Positions 47,897 through 57,887 of a stretch of 64,000 nt of DNA are shown piece after piece; position 1 is the first letter of the stretch, and each line of letters opens with the position of its first letter. Under the pieces are notes generated by a model. That model saw only the letters and a list, made by a program, of their open reading frames with translations, was not told where the DNA came from and ran no database searches. The stretch is taken from NCBI GenBank assembly GCA_010093745.1, contig MU005973.1:186001-250000 (forward strand). The letters run 5' to 3'. The translations under genes were made by a program, and so were the position numbers. The DNA comes from Piedraia hortae CBS 480.64. Lineage: Eukaryota.

Positions 47897-49519
47897 ATGG
47901 CAGCAGAAATCCAGCCTGTGCCGACTGTGCGGCTTCCACCCGGCCCAGCGCCATTGACCGCTGATCAAGTCTACTGGAAATCTTTCAAGAGACCGCTCCT
48001 CCTTCCCTCGCTGCACAATGCCGGAGTTACGGCCATCACAACCCCCGCCTATAACCCGGCAGGGCCGCAGTCGGACACGTTCGCAGTGACGTCGGGAGGG
48101 CGGGTTCAAATTCACAGTAGCAAGACACGGAAACTGATCAAGACCATCTCCCGCTTCGGTGTGGATGACACAGCGCGGTCGGGGGTCATAAGACGCGATG
48201 GAAGGATTATGCTGGCGGGAGGTGATGGGGGCATCATGCAGGCGTTTGACACCGGGTCGAGGGCAATTCTTAGACAGTGGAAAGGCGGAAGTGGGCCGAA
48301 ACAGGCGGTGCATTGCGTGAGATGGAATCCAAAGGTTCTCACCGAGTTTATCAGCACGAGCGACGATCGTACGGTGAAGTTGTGGGACTTGACGGGTGAC
48401 GAGCCGTCGTGGGTTGGTTTGGGCCATGAGGACTACGTGCGGCGCGCGTGCTTTGTGCCCGGCACGGATGGACTGGTGGCGACGGGAAGCTACGACCAGA
48501 CGGTGCGATTGTGGGATACGCGACGTCGAGGGGATGGCGAAGACTCGGCTGTTCTGACATTCAAGTGTGCAGCTCCTATTGAGGACGTGCTGGCCTTGAA
48601 CGGGACGACTCTTGCCGCAGCGGGGGGCGAGGAGGTGGTCATCCTGGACATGGCCAACGGCAAGACTCAAGCCATTCTTCGTTCTCACCAGAAGACCGTG
48701 ACGTGTTTGGCCTTGGCACAGAACGGTACTCGTCTGCTTACCGGTGCACTCGACGGCCATGTCAAAGTGCACAGCATCGGCACCTGGAAGGTAGTGGCGG
48801 GGATCAAGTATCAAGCTCCTATCCTAACACTGGCCGTGATACAGTCAGGGCCACGAGAGAACGGGCGGGAGGATAAGCATATTGCAGTCGGGCTTCAGTC
48901 TGGTCTGTTATCAGTACGCACACGTCTAGCCGGGTCCGAAAAGGCGCAAGAACGTGAGAAAACAAAGAAGATGAACGCTCTTCTTGCTGGTGAGGCAGAT
49001 GAATACGAACGACGAAAGCGGAAGAAGGACTTGAGACAAGGCATCCGGGCTCGCGATCGGGGAAAAGACTTCCGAGGCGAGGGCGCAGACCTCATAATCA
49101 CTGGCCAAGATATGACCAAAAGAAAAAAGCTGAGACCCTGGCAGAGTAATCTCAGAAAAGGAAAATACGGCCTCGCACTTGACCAAGTCATGGCTGAACG
49201 ACAGACAAACGAGATCATGACGCTGATCACAGCTCTACAACACCGTAGTGCTTTACGGGCTGCCCTGAGCGAACGCAGCGAAGAGCAGGTTCTTCCGCTT
49301 CTGTCGTGGGCAGTTAGATATGTCAGAGACCCAAGGTATCTGCAGCTGGTGCATGATGCGACATCTGTCATACTGGAGTTATATAGTGCGAAGATGGTCG
49401 AGTGGCCGAGTGCGCGGGCGTTGGTTGAACGTCTTACTCGACGAGTTCACAACGAGGTTGATCTGGCTCAGCAGGCAGTAAGCACCATGGGTGTGCTCGA
49501 ACTACTGGAAGCGGGTTAA
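47897..49519 (+). CDS. UTP15: U3 snoRNA-associated WD40 protein Utp15
   Basis: YWKSFK start, WD40 repeats (GHEDYVR, GSYDQTVRLWD, HQKTVTCL), UTP15 C-terminal ALQHRSALRAAL. Confidence 0.93.
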   Translation: MAAEIQPVPTVRLPPGPAPLTADQVYWKSFKRPLLLPSLHNAGVTAITTPAYNPAGPQSDTFAVTSGGRVQIHSSKTRKLIKTISRFGVDDTARSGVIRRDGRIMLAGGDGGIMQAFDTGSRAILRQWKGGSGPKQAVHCVRWNPKVLTEFISTSDDRTVKLWDLTGDEPSWVGLGHEDYVRRACFVPGTDGLVATGSYDQTVRLWDTRRRGDGEDSAVLTFKCAAPIEDVLALNGTTLAAAGGEEVVILDMANGKTQAILRSHQKTVTCLALAQNGTRLLTGALDGHVKVHSIGTWKVVAGIKYQAPILTLAVIQSGPRENGREDKHIAVGLQSGLLSVRTRLAGSEKAQEREKTKKMNALLAGEADEYERRKRKKDLRQGIRARDRGKDFRGEGADLIITGQDMTKRKKLRPWQSNLRKGKYGLALDQVMAERQTNEIMTLITALQHRSALRAALSERSEEQVLPLLSWAVRYVRDPRYLQLVHDATSVILELYSAKMVEWPSARALVERLTRRVHNEVDLAQQAVSTMGVLELLEAG

Positions 49520-49579
49520 TCCCTTCAGAGAAGACTAAACAAACTCATCCACTATACCCCATGCCCCAAGCAATCCACA

Positions 49580-50779
49580 TTACATATCTACCGTTTGATT
49601 CAACTCCTTCAACCTCGCAGAGACCATCTCCATCCCCTCCTTGAATCCCGTTGACTCCGCCAACCTCAACGCCTCCTCATAATGTCTCTTCGCAGCAGGT
49701 AAATCGTCCACCATCTCCGCAAACTCTCCCAAATTATGCCTAGCCGCAACGCATCCCCGATCACACTCCTCATTTCTCTCCTCCTTGGGCACAGCACCAG
49801 CCACATCCAGCGCCTTCTGCGCCCACGCCTTTGCCGACTCAACCAACTCCCCCCGCGAAGCGGCCCTACCATGCTCACCCCGACCCGTCGTCTGCTGCGC
49901 CAGCGCAGAGGCAAGATTATTCATCACCACAACCCTATGACACCCTTTATCCTCGCACAACGTGATCGCCTTCAAGAACAGCGGCGCAGCCAAATTATGT
50001 TCCCCCTTCCCCTCAAACCTCATCCCCAGCGCCTCCATCGCAGCGCCCATCTCCCCATCCGACAACCAATTCCCAAGTTCCTCCCTCAGCGTGTTTTCCG
50101 TCCAATGATTCTCCCTCTTAAGATTCTCCCTCCTCCTCCCCTCACTAAGCAAAGTCTCAACAGCCCAAACGAGCTGTTCCTCCGCCCTCTCATCGTCCCC
50201 ATACAACTCCGCCAGCTTAAGCGAAATCCCCACCGTCTTCGCAAGAACTCTCGTTCTCTTCAACCTATTCCCCTCCTGCTCGCTGATACTGCTTATAAAG
50301 TCAAGACAATTCCTCCTCACCAACTCCAACACCGAAATCGCTTGCGGGAGGGAATTGTAGTCCTCGCACAGCTGCGCGACGCGGAGTTTGAGGCCCAACA
50401 CTTCGTCGCTGAAGGGGTCCATTCCTATTCTTTCGCTGGTTTGGATTGCGTCGCGATAGTAACGGAGGGCTTCCTTCGGGTCGTGAGTTATTATGTGGGC
50501 GTGGACTGCTTTGCGGAGGAGTTTGGCGACGGAGGGGGGGTACGGGTGGAGGGTGTGGGTGAGGTAGGTGTAATACAACCCCACGCAGGATAGAGCGCCG
50601 AGGGTGGTGAGGAGGAGGAGGGTGCTGAAGGGGAGGGTTAAGGGGTGGGTGCCCCGGAGGGTGCCCCGGAGGGGGGTGAGGATGGAGGCATGGCGGCGTC
50701 CGGGACTGGTGAGGGTGATGGGGGCTCGGAGGGTGAGAGGAGAGAGGCTCCGCCAGAGGGGACGTGGGAGGCGGCGCAT
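49580..50779 (-). CDS. Mitochondrial TPR protein, Mgr3-like
   Basis: Arg-rich presequence, one TM, YPPSVAKLLRKA, MDPFSDEVLG and TPR helices (MNNLA, HNLGEFA). Confidence 0.75.
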   Translation of the reverse strand: MRRLPRPLWRSLSPLTLRAPITLTSPGRRHASILTPLRGTLRGTHPLTLPFSTLLLLTTLGALSCVGLYYTYLTHTLHPYPPSVAKLLRKAVHAHIITHDPKEALRYYRDAIQTSERIGMDPFSDEVLGLKLRVAQLCEDYNSLPQAISVLELVRRNCLDFISSISEQEGNRLKRTRVLAKTVGISLKLAELYGDDERAEEQLVWAVETLLSEGRRRENLKRENHWTENTLREELGNWLSDGEMGAAMEALGMRFEGKGEHNLAAPLFLKAITLCEDKGCHRVVVMNNLASALAQQTTGRGEHGRAASRGELVESAKAWAQKALDVAGAVPKEERNEECDRGCVAARHNLGEFAEMVDDLPAAKRHYEEALRLAESTGFKEGMEMVSARLKELNQTVDM

Positions 50780-50843
50780 CGCTTGTCGCGTTGCTGTGCG
50801 TGGGTGTGGGTGTGGGGGCGTTAACTTTGCGGAAACAGTCACC

Positions 50844-51995
50844 ATGTGCGGACGATATGTGTTGTCGCTCCCGCCGTCGTATATACGCAGTCGACTGGTT
50901 TCGCAGAATTTGCCCGTGGACGATGCGCCGCGCGATGATGAGCAGCAAACGACGTACAATTTCGCGCCGGGGGGGAGGGGGGTTATCTACCGCCCAATCA
51001 CCCGTTCACCACACGATGGAGAGCCCAGTCCTAAGAAGGCAAAGCTGGAGAAGAAGACATCGTACCACCTGCAATCGGCGAGATGGGGTCTCATCCCGCA
51101 CTGGACGAAGCAGCCACCGGAATACAGGAGCATGATGAAGACGATTAATTGTCGGGATGATAGTTTGATGGAGAATAGAGGGATGTGGACTGCGATGAAG
51201 AGAAAGCAGCGGTGTGTTGTTATTGCGGAGGGGTTCTATGAATGGATGCTCAAGGGCTCGACGAAAGTGCCGTATTATGTGAAGAGGAAGGATGGGGGGT
51301 TGATGTTCTTTGCTGGGTTGTGGGATTGTGTGAGATATGAGGGAAAGGAGGAGGTGGTGGTTTCGTATACGGTTATTACGACGGAGAGTAATGCCCAGTT
51401 GAGGTTTTTGCATGAGCGTATGCCGGTTATACTGGAGGCGAACTCGGAGGGGATGGGGATTTGGTTGGATCCGGAGAGGGTGGGCTGGGATGAGGAACTG
51501 CAGGGAGTTCTGAAGCCGTTTGAGGGTAAGTTGGAGTGTTATCCCGTTGATCCGGCTGTAGGGAAGGTGGGAAATGATTCTCCGAGATTTGTGATGCCCG
51601 TGAATAGTAGGGAGAATAAGGGTAATATTGCGAATTTTTTTCCAAAGGGTGAGAATAAAAGGGATGGGGATGTTAAAGAGGCCAAGAGTGCCAAACAAAG
51701 TGTTGATGAGAATGCTAAAGAGGCTGAGGACACCACGGAAAGTCCTACAAGCGATGGCAAGACTTTTGACGCAGCTGATGCCAAGCCCAAGATTAAGCAT
51801 GAAGAAGAAGGTGCACATGGCAACACAACGGCCGATATCAAGCCTGCTGCTATCCTCAAAACCCCTACAAAGCAACCAATTACAACGTCAAAATCTGCGT
51901 CCAAAACCCCCTCAAAGAAGCGCGTCAAATCACCAGCAAAAACCCCCAAGGGCAACCAATCAATCACAAACTTCTTCACCAAAAAGAATTCCTAG
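50844..51995 (+). CDS. SRAP/HMCES (DUF159) abasic-site cross-linking protein
   Basis: MCGRY with catalytic Cys2, YNFAP, RWGLIPHW, INCR, EGFYEW, HERMPVIL; C-terminal PIP-like NQSITNFF. Confidence 0.95.
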   Translation: MCGRYVLSLPPSYIRSRLVSQNLPVDDAPRDDEQQTTYNFAPGGRGVIYRPITRSPHDGEPSPKKAKLEKKTSYHLQSARWGLIPHWTKQPPEYRSMMKTINCRDDSLMENRGMWTAMKRKQRCVVIAEGFYEWMLKGSTKVPYYVKRKDGGLMFFAGLWDCVRYEGKEEVVVSYTVITTESNAQLRFLHERMPVILEANSEGMGIWLDPERVGWDEELQGVLKPFEGKLECYPVDPAVGKVGNDSPRFVMPVNSRENKGNIANFFPKGENKRDGDVKEAKSAKQSVDENAKEAEDTTESPTSDGKTFDAADAKPKIKHEEEGAHGNTTADIKPAAILKTPTKQPITTSKSASKTPSKKRVKSPAKTPKGNQSITNFFTKKNS

Positions 51996-51997
51996 CC

Positions 51998-52186
51998 TCA
52001 CTCCCGTCTTTTGCTCTTCTTACCACCTCGGAACATTGCTTCGAATGCTTTGCCAATCATGACGATGATAATCGCAACCATGTATTGAATGAGCTGAGCG
52101 ATCCAGCGTGCAGGACCCCAGAGACGACCGTCATCATTGCGTACATGGCCGGCGTCGCGTATGAACTGGGCCGACTTCGAAGGCAT
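51998..52186 (-). CDS. Putative 62-aa single-TM microprotein
   Basis: MPSKSAQF..WIAQLIQYMVAIIIVMIG..GGKKSKRRE; fills the gap between the SRAP and GGT genes. Confidence 0.45.
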   Translation of the reverse strand: MPSKSAQFIRDAGHVRNDDGRLWGPARWIAQLIQYMVAIIIVMIGKAFEAMFRGGKKSKRRE

Positions 52187-52326
52187 TTGAGTCAAGTCAA
52201 TGTCAGACCATGAAACGCGGGAAAGTTGACAGGGCAGTTACCCCACCATCACTGATGATCAGATATCAGATGCGGGGTAACCGAGCAACGTCCGAGGACG
52301 ACGGGGAATTTTGCATTGCCCAAAAA

Positions 52327-54147
52327 ATGCCTCTCCGTCCTTCAGCTTTTGCTAATGGCAAAGTCGACTTTGTCCCGTTTCCCTCCCGTCGCTCCGTCGT
52401 TCATAGCCGTCATGGAATTGTAGCTTGTACCCAACCACTGGCGGCTGCTTGTGGCATTGAAGTCTTGGGTCGAGGCGGTAATTGTGCCGATGCCGCTGTA
52501 GCTGTTGCAGCCGGCCTCAACCTAACCGAGCCTGGCTCCACCGGTATCGGCGGTGACATGTTCTGTCTATTCTACAGAGCTAAAGATAAGAAGGTATATG
52601 GACTGAACGGATCGGGACGGAGCCCTGGCGCAGCTTCGTTGGATCGGCTGCGTCAGGAACTGGGGGATGGCAAGGCTGGACATATTCCCCTCAGCAGTGT
52701 GCATGCCGTTACTGTGCCAGGTGCCGCAGCAGGCTGGGTGGACACGTTTGAACGATTCGGCAGTGGACGCCTTAGTCTGCAGGAAATCCTCGATCCAGCC
52801 ATACAGCTGGCCGAAGAAGGATTTCCGGTCAGCGAATCCATGGCTTACTACTGGGATTTGAGCGAGAAACAGCTGCTTTCAGCTTCGCCTAATGGAGCGG
52901 AAATGCTCAAGGCTGATGGTTCCGCACCTAATGGGTGCCGTGCGCCACGGGTGGGTGAAATCATGAAGAACCCTACGTTGGGCAAGACTTTTCGACAATT
53001 AGCCGAGGATGGTAAAAAAGGCTTTTATACTGGTCGCATTGCCGACGAGATTGTGCAGGCGGTGAGTGACCGTGGTGGCCTGCTCAGCCACAACGACCTT
53101 CGCAGACACATGGAGCGAGGATCCGAGGACACGGAACCAATCAGCGTTCGGCTTAAATTGCACGAAATGGCACAGCGGCACGGCAGCCACATGGACGTGG
53201 CCGGGGGCGAAGAGGGCGTTGATGTGTGGGAACACCCGCCCAACGGTCAAGGGATCGTTGCCCTGATTGCACTGGGAATTCTGCAGGAGCTGGAACAGCG
53301 CGGTCAGGTGCCGCGTTTCGGGCCTGCGGACCACAATACTGCACCTTACCTCCATGCCGTTATCGAGGCGCTGCGCATCGCCTTCGCAGATGCAACATGG
53401 TGGGTCTCAGATCCGGACGGTGCAACAGTGCGACCGCATGCCATGCTGAACCGTGAATACCTCGCTCAACGCGCCGACCTCTTTGATCCTGCAAAGGCAT
53501 CTGCACCGTTAGCACACGGTAGTCCGGCGCAAAGTGGCTCAGACACGGTCTACTTTGCCGTCACGGATTCCGAGGGCAACGGCATCAGCTTCATCAACAG
53601 CAACTACCACGGGTTTGGCTCCGCCATCGTTCCACGTGGCTGTGGTTTCAGTCTGCAGAATCGCGGTGCTAATTTTGTGTTGAGCCCAGACGGCCATCCA
53701 AACCTGTATGCTCCGAACAAGCGACCATATCACACAATCATCCCCGCCGTAGCAACCAACGCGGCCGACGGTAGCCTGCACAGTGTTTTCGGCGTAATGG
53801 GCGCCTTTATGCAGCCCCAGGGACACGTGCAAGTGCTGCTCAACCAGCTCCTGTTTGGTCTCTCGCCGCAGTCGGCGCTCGATGCTCCGCGCATCTGCGT
53901 TGGAGCCGGAACGGGATCGGAACGAGCAGTGTGGCTAGAGGAAGGGATGCCCGCTGAAACGATTGAAGGATTGCGCAAGATGGGTCATCAAGTAGAGGTT
54001 ATCAAAGACTGGGAAAGGGGCCTGTTTGGCCGTGGTCAGATTATCCGCTGGCACGTCGACGCCATTGAAGGCGCGGGTGTGTGGAGCGGGGGGAGCGATC
54101 CCAGAGGTGATGGGGCTGCAGTGCCAGCTTTAGCATCGAAAATGTGA
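52327..54147 (+). CDS. Gamma-glutamyltranspeptidase (intracellular YwrD/LmbA-like type)
   Basis: GGNCADAAVAVAA, TGIGGDMF, SDTVYF (catalytic Thr), PNKRPYHTIIP, MGAFMQPQGHVQ, SDPRGDG; no TM anchor. Confidence 0.93.
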   Translation: MPLRPSAFANGKVDFVPFPSRRSVVHSRHGIVACTQPLAAACGIEVLGRGGNCADAAVAVAAGLNLTEPGSTGIGGDMFCLFYRAKDKKVYGLNGSGRSPGAASLDRLRQELGDGKAGHIPLSSVHAVTVPGAAAGWVDTFERFGSGRLSLQEILDPAIQLAEEGFPVSESMAYYWDLSEKQLLSASPNGAEMLKADGSAPNGCRAPRVGEIMKNPTLGKTFRQLAEDGKKGFYTGRIADEIVQAVSDRGGLLSHNDLRRHMERGSEDTEPISVRLKLHEMAQRHGSHMDVAGGEEGVDVWEHPPNGQGIVALIALGILQELEQRGQVPRFGPADHNTAPYLHAVIEALRIAFADATWWVSDPDGATVRPHAMLNREYLAQRADLFDPAKASAPLAHGSPAQSGSDTVYFAVTDSEGNGISFINSNYHGFGSAIVPRGCGFSLQNRGANFVLSPDGHPNLYAPNKRPYHTIIPAVATNAADGSLHSVFGVMGAFMQPQGHVQVLLNQLLFGLSPQSALDAPRICVGAGTGSERAVWLEEGMPAETIEGLRKMGHQVEVIKDWERGLFGRGQIIRWHVDAIEGAGVWSGGSDPRGDGAAVPALASKM

Positions 54148-54857
54148 TCCTCGGCCGCAGCAATTTTCTGGAACATGTTGTGGTACGGGGGAGTTAATGA
54201 CCGTGAACTGTGAGCAAATGATTGCGAAAACCCAACAAAGCAAAGCCTTTACTAACATCCACAATGCCGGGACGTTGAACGGCCATAACTGCGGTCTAAT
54301 TGGCCCAGTTCGCGCCAGGTTAAAGTGCGCAGCCTTAGCTCCAACCCAAAGCAACAAGCGAGAAACAAGCAGAGCTTTCCAGTTTGGTTATATTCTACAT
54401 CAAACAATGGGCGGTTTGCGTTACTATGAGTGCACGAGCAACGTGTCAATCGGGAGTGATTGCTGTCACCATTTGCGAGTGGCAGATGACATGCAGCACC
54501 CATGCATAATCTCGTATTCGCATTCAAGCCCGGCCGTTTTGGGGAAAAACGTTAGGTAAGGCGTATGGGGAAGAGGATGGTGGTACATGAAACACGCCTA
54601 ATGCAAGTCTTCATGACTGCGCGTTTTCTCACCGTGGTAAGCTTCCCCCCTCTAGGAAAGAGTTTCACCCTTTAACTTTCCCACTAGCGTCTGCTGTTTG
54701 TGTGTGTGATTACCCAACCCCCATGCAAGCTCTACATTAGAATGCGAAACCTGCTCCATGGTACCAGAATGGCGGAAGCGAACAACGTACGAGTGAGAGA
54801 TGGGTTCGCTATAAGGCAGGCCCTTTTTTTCTTCGCTTCCTTTTCTTCTCATCGACA

Positions 54858-56624
54858 ATGGTTCAAGCATCGCTTATCGCTCAGCTGAAAAAGCAAAGTC
54901 CCAACGTTCCCACTCGAAAAGCCCTGATCCTCACGGGGCTTCAGAATGACTTCATCTCGCCAAACGGCAAGTCTCCGCTCGAATCAGAGGGCTGCCTCGC
55001 AGACCGTTTGCGGAGACTAGTTCCAGCCTTTCGACCGTTTGGTGACGTGATCTGGATTCGCTCCGAATACGACGGCACAGACGACGATGGGGATGGCGCC
55101 GTTGTGGCTGATGATGATGAACTTTTCCTCTCATCCAAGATTCGCGATCCCTGTTGCTTAGCAGGATCCTGGGGAGCCAGATATCCCACTGAACTAGAAC
55201 ACATACAGGAAAAGACAGACTGGTATGTCACCAAAACCACGTATTCCGCATTTGCCTCGACGAATCTGCTCTTAAAACTCCGCTCGCGTCTCATCACCGA
55301 GCTCTACTTTGCCGGCTGTCAGACGAACCTCTCAGTCTTTGCAACCGCCCTGGACGCGGCTCGTTACGGGCTAAAAGTCACAATCGTACGTGACTGTGTG
55401 GCGTATCGGCGTCGCCACCGCCACGAAGAAGCAATGCGCTATCTCATCGAAGCAATGGATGCTGAAGTCGCCTCCACATCCACTGTCCTGTACGATCTGC
55501 ACCCGACCAAACCATCCGGTGACAGCCCGCTAGCCGTAAACAGCGATTCCGAGGACGAGGAAATGCCAGACGTATGTCCCCTAACCTTACCAAACCACAA
55601 ACCCACTTACACAAGTACAGTACCAATCCCTAATATCGCGCCTCCCAATCCGAGCCTAATGACGACATCAAAACCAATATTCCCCGACTCCTCCTCCAGC
55701 AGCATTACCAACAATCTCCTCTCCCCCTCCGAAGCATCCACAATCTTCACCCGCCTTAAATCCGAAGCCCAATGGCAAACAATGCACCACCAAACAGGCG
55801 AAGTCCCGCGCCTGGTATGCTGCCAAGGTGATACCGGCTCCGATGAGCCTTTATACCGCCACCCATCAGACCGTACATTACCCCTAACGCCCTGGACACC
55901 CGCCGTCGAAACTATCCGCCGCGCAGCGGAGCAATCCGTCGGCCACGAGCTCAACCACGCTCTGATACAACTCTACCGCTCCGGAGCGGATTACATCTCT
56001 GAGCATTCTGACAAGACGCTAGACATTGCTCCGGGAAGTTTTATCGTCAATGTATCTTTTGGCGCGCAGAGGACGATGAAGTTTCGATCGAAAAGGGGTT
56101 ATAAATCTTCCAACTCTGTAGATACCATCGCTAGGGGAACGGACATGGAAGGCTCTACAAGTGCGGATCATACTGTAGATGGCCCTGCAGATCTCCTTCA
56201 AGGGGGTGTAGATCCCCAAACAAGTCCTCCAACGCCCCCTTCCCAGAGGACTATCATCCGCGTCCCCCTACCGCACAACTCCCTCCTCTCCCTCTCCCTC
56301 CCCCACAACGCGAAATATCTCCATTCCATTCCCACAGATAAACGCCCCGCGTCCCTCCTTTCTCCCGAAGAGGCCGCGTACGGGGGGGAAAGGATTAGTC
56401 TGACTTTCCGCAGAATAGGTACCTTCCTCACCCAAGAGGGGAAGATTTGGGGGCAGGGGGCTGTTTCTAAGACTAGGGATAAAGCGGGGTTGGTGATCGA
56501 GGGGGGGGCTGAGGCGGAGGGATTGTTGAAGGCGTTTGGACGGGAGAATCAGTGTGATGAGGGGTTTGATTGGGAAGGGACGTATGGGAGAGGGTGGGAT
56601 TTGGTGCATTTGAAAACAATATGA
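54858..56624 (+). CDS. Isochorismatase-like / AlkB-type 2OG-Fe(II) dioxygenase fusion
   Basis: ALILTGLQNDF, KTTYSAF, VRDCV (cysteine-hydrolase fold); LNHALIQLYR, EHSDKTLD, YLHSI, RISLTFR (2OG-Fe(II)). Confidence 0.9.
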   Translation: MVQASLIAQLKKQSPNVPTRKALILTGLQNDFISPNGKSPLESEGCLADRLRRLVPAFRPFGDVIWIRSEYDGTDDDGDGAVVADDDELFLSSKIRDPCCLAGSWGARYPTELEHIQEKTDWYVTKTTYSAFASTNLLLKLRSRLITELYFAGCQTNLSVFATALDAARYGLKVTIVRDCVAYRRRHRHEEAMRYLIEAMDAEVASTSTVLYDLHPTKPSGDSPLAVNSDSEDEEMPDVCPLTLPNHKPTYTSTVPIPNIAPPNPSLMTTSKPIFPDSSSSSITNNLLSPSEASTIFTRLKSEAQWQTMHHQTGEVPRLVCCQGDTGSDEPLYRHPSDRTLPLTPWTPAVETIRRAAEQSVGHELNHALIQLYRSGADYISEHSDKTLDIAPGSFIVNVSFGAQRTMKFRSKRGYKSSNSVDTIARGTDMEGSTSADHTVDGPADLLQGGVDPQTSPPTPPSQRTIIRVPLPHNSLLSLSLPHNAKYLHSIPTDKRPASLLSPEEAAYGGERISLTFRRIGTFLTQEGKIWGQGAVSKTRDKAGLVIEGGAEAEGLLKAFGRENQCDEGFDWEGTYGRGWDLVHLKTI

Positions 56625-56838
56625 AAGGGGAGGGGTTGAGTTCGTAGGGTATTGGGAACGCATTCGTGCTCGGCGTGCGAGACAGACCTTGGCGAAGTAT
56701 GTGGGCTATGTGAACGCATTGATTAGTGGTCTGCCGTACAGGTTCAGCAGAAAGGTTGGATTGGGAGATGACGTGTGGACTTGGGGTTGGATGACGGGAG
56801 GGAGTTTGATATGGATATTGCAGTAATGTTACTAACAT

Positions 56839-57579
56839 CACTGCCGGCAAATTACGGTAAACTTACAGCTCACGTGATGGGACATGTAAATTATCCGTAA
56901 ATTTACTGCTAATTCACGTGCTAGATTACACTAGCCAAGTTGGCTAGTACCAAAAGGGAGCGCTGGGGGCGCGATGCCTTTTTGGGACTAGTGACTGGCA
57001 TGGATCTGACCTCACTTCTGTTGAGACTTGCTAACGATAGTCAGGATCAGACGTTGCCGAGCCGTGATAATCTCGAAGTTGGCGGTGCTGAAAGCGTGAA
57101 GCGTGAACGGCATGGTGCTACGCCCGACTGCATCTACAGTTGCCGATAAACCTTGGAGATAGGAGCATATATTCTTTGAGGAACGATGCTCACCATGGCC
57201 ATTATCGGACGCGTGATGGCCTTCAGACTGGTGGTGCCGAAAGCCTGAAGAATCGCTTGATTTGTCGGCACAGGACATGAAAGAACCTCCATTCAGCGAT
57301 GAGGCCATAACAGAAGACGAGGCTATGGAAGGCAGCCAAATGGTTTGGTTGGATGAGGAGATGGATGACGAGGGCTGCACCTTGGAGAGTGAAATGTTAT
57401 CAGTGGCTCTTTTGTTGTAAGGTAGCTGCGTGTAAGAGTTCATATCGGACTGTTGACTTTCGCTATGTATGTCGCACATCAGGGTTGAAAAACCCGTCTC
57501 CGGCTACCTCTGTGAAGAGGTGTTGGAGGTGATGGTAAATTTACCGCGTGGAGCGGTAAATGTGGTAAATTTGCCGGTA
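56839..57579. mobile_element. Non-autonomous TIR element with CACTG terminus (CACTA/CMC-like), about 740 bp
   Basis: Left CACTGCCGGCAAATTAC, right GTAAATTTGCCGGTA; CAT (ACATC) on both sides; several GTAAA[CT]TTAC subterminal motifs at both ends. Confidence 0.6.
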
Positions 57580-57887
57580 CATCTATAATTTACTAGTCAT
57601 TGCAAATCTGGGTAAACGCAAATCGCCCCGATCCCTAGGTACACAGCCAACCCCCCGGCATGATGCTGCGTCATGCGGGGTAGGTTGCGTGACGCAGGCG
57701 ATTGGGCAACTAATCTCGACATGTCGCGAACATATCAAGGCCATTGGCAAGTCAAGCACATACAGATAAATATCAAAAGAGAACACGGCCGTTTTCCCAA
57801 GAGTACCTTCTCCACCTGAAAAATCAGATAATACTAAATCCCCTTACAAATCTCTTGCATATATAAATCTCAGACAGCCCAGCAGGA

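Noticed and set aside
47699..48814. 371-aa minus-strand ORF
   Set aside because: Antisense shadow of UTP15 that runs into TFB5 exon 1 and intron; no recognisable motifs.
50604..50843. N-terminal extension of the SRAP ORF (463 aa in the track)
   Set aside because: SRAP catalysis needs Cys at position 2, so the start is MCGRY at 50844; the extension is antisense to the MGR3-like gene.
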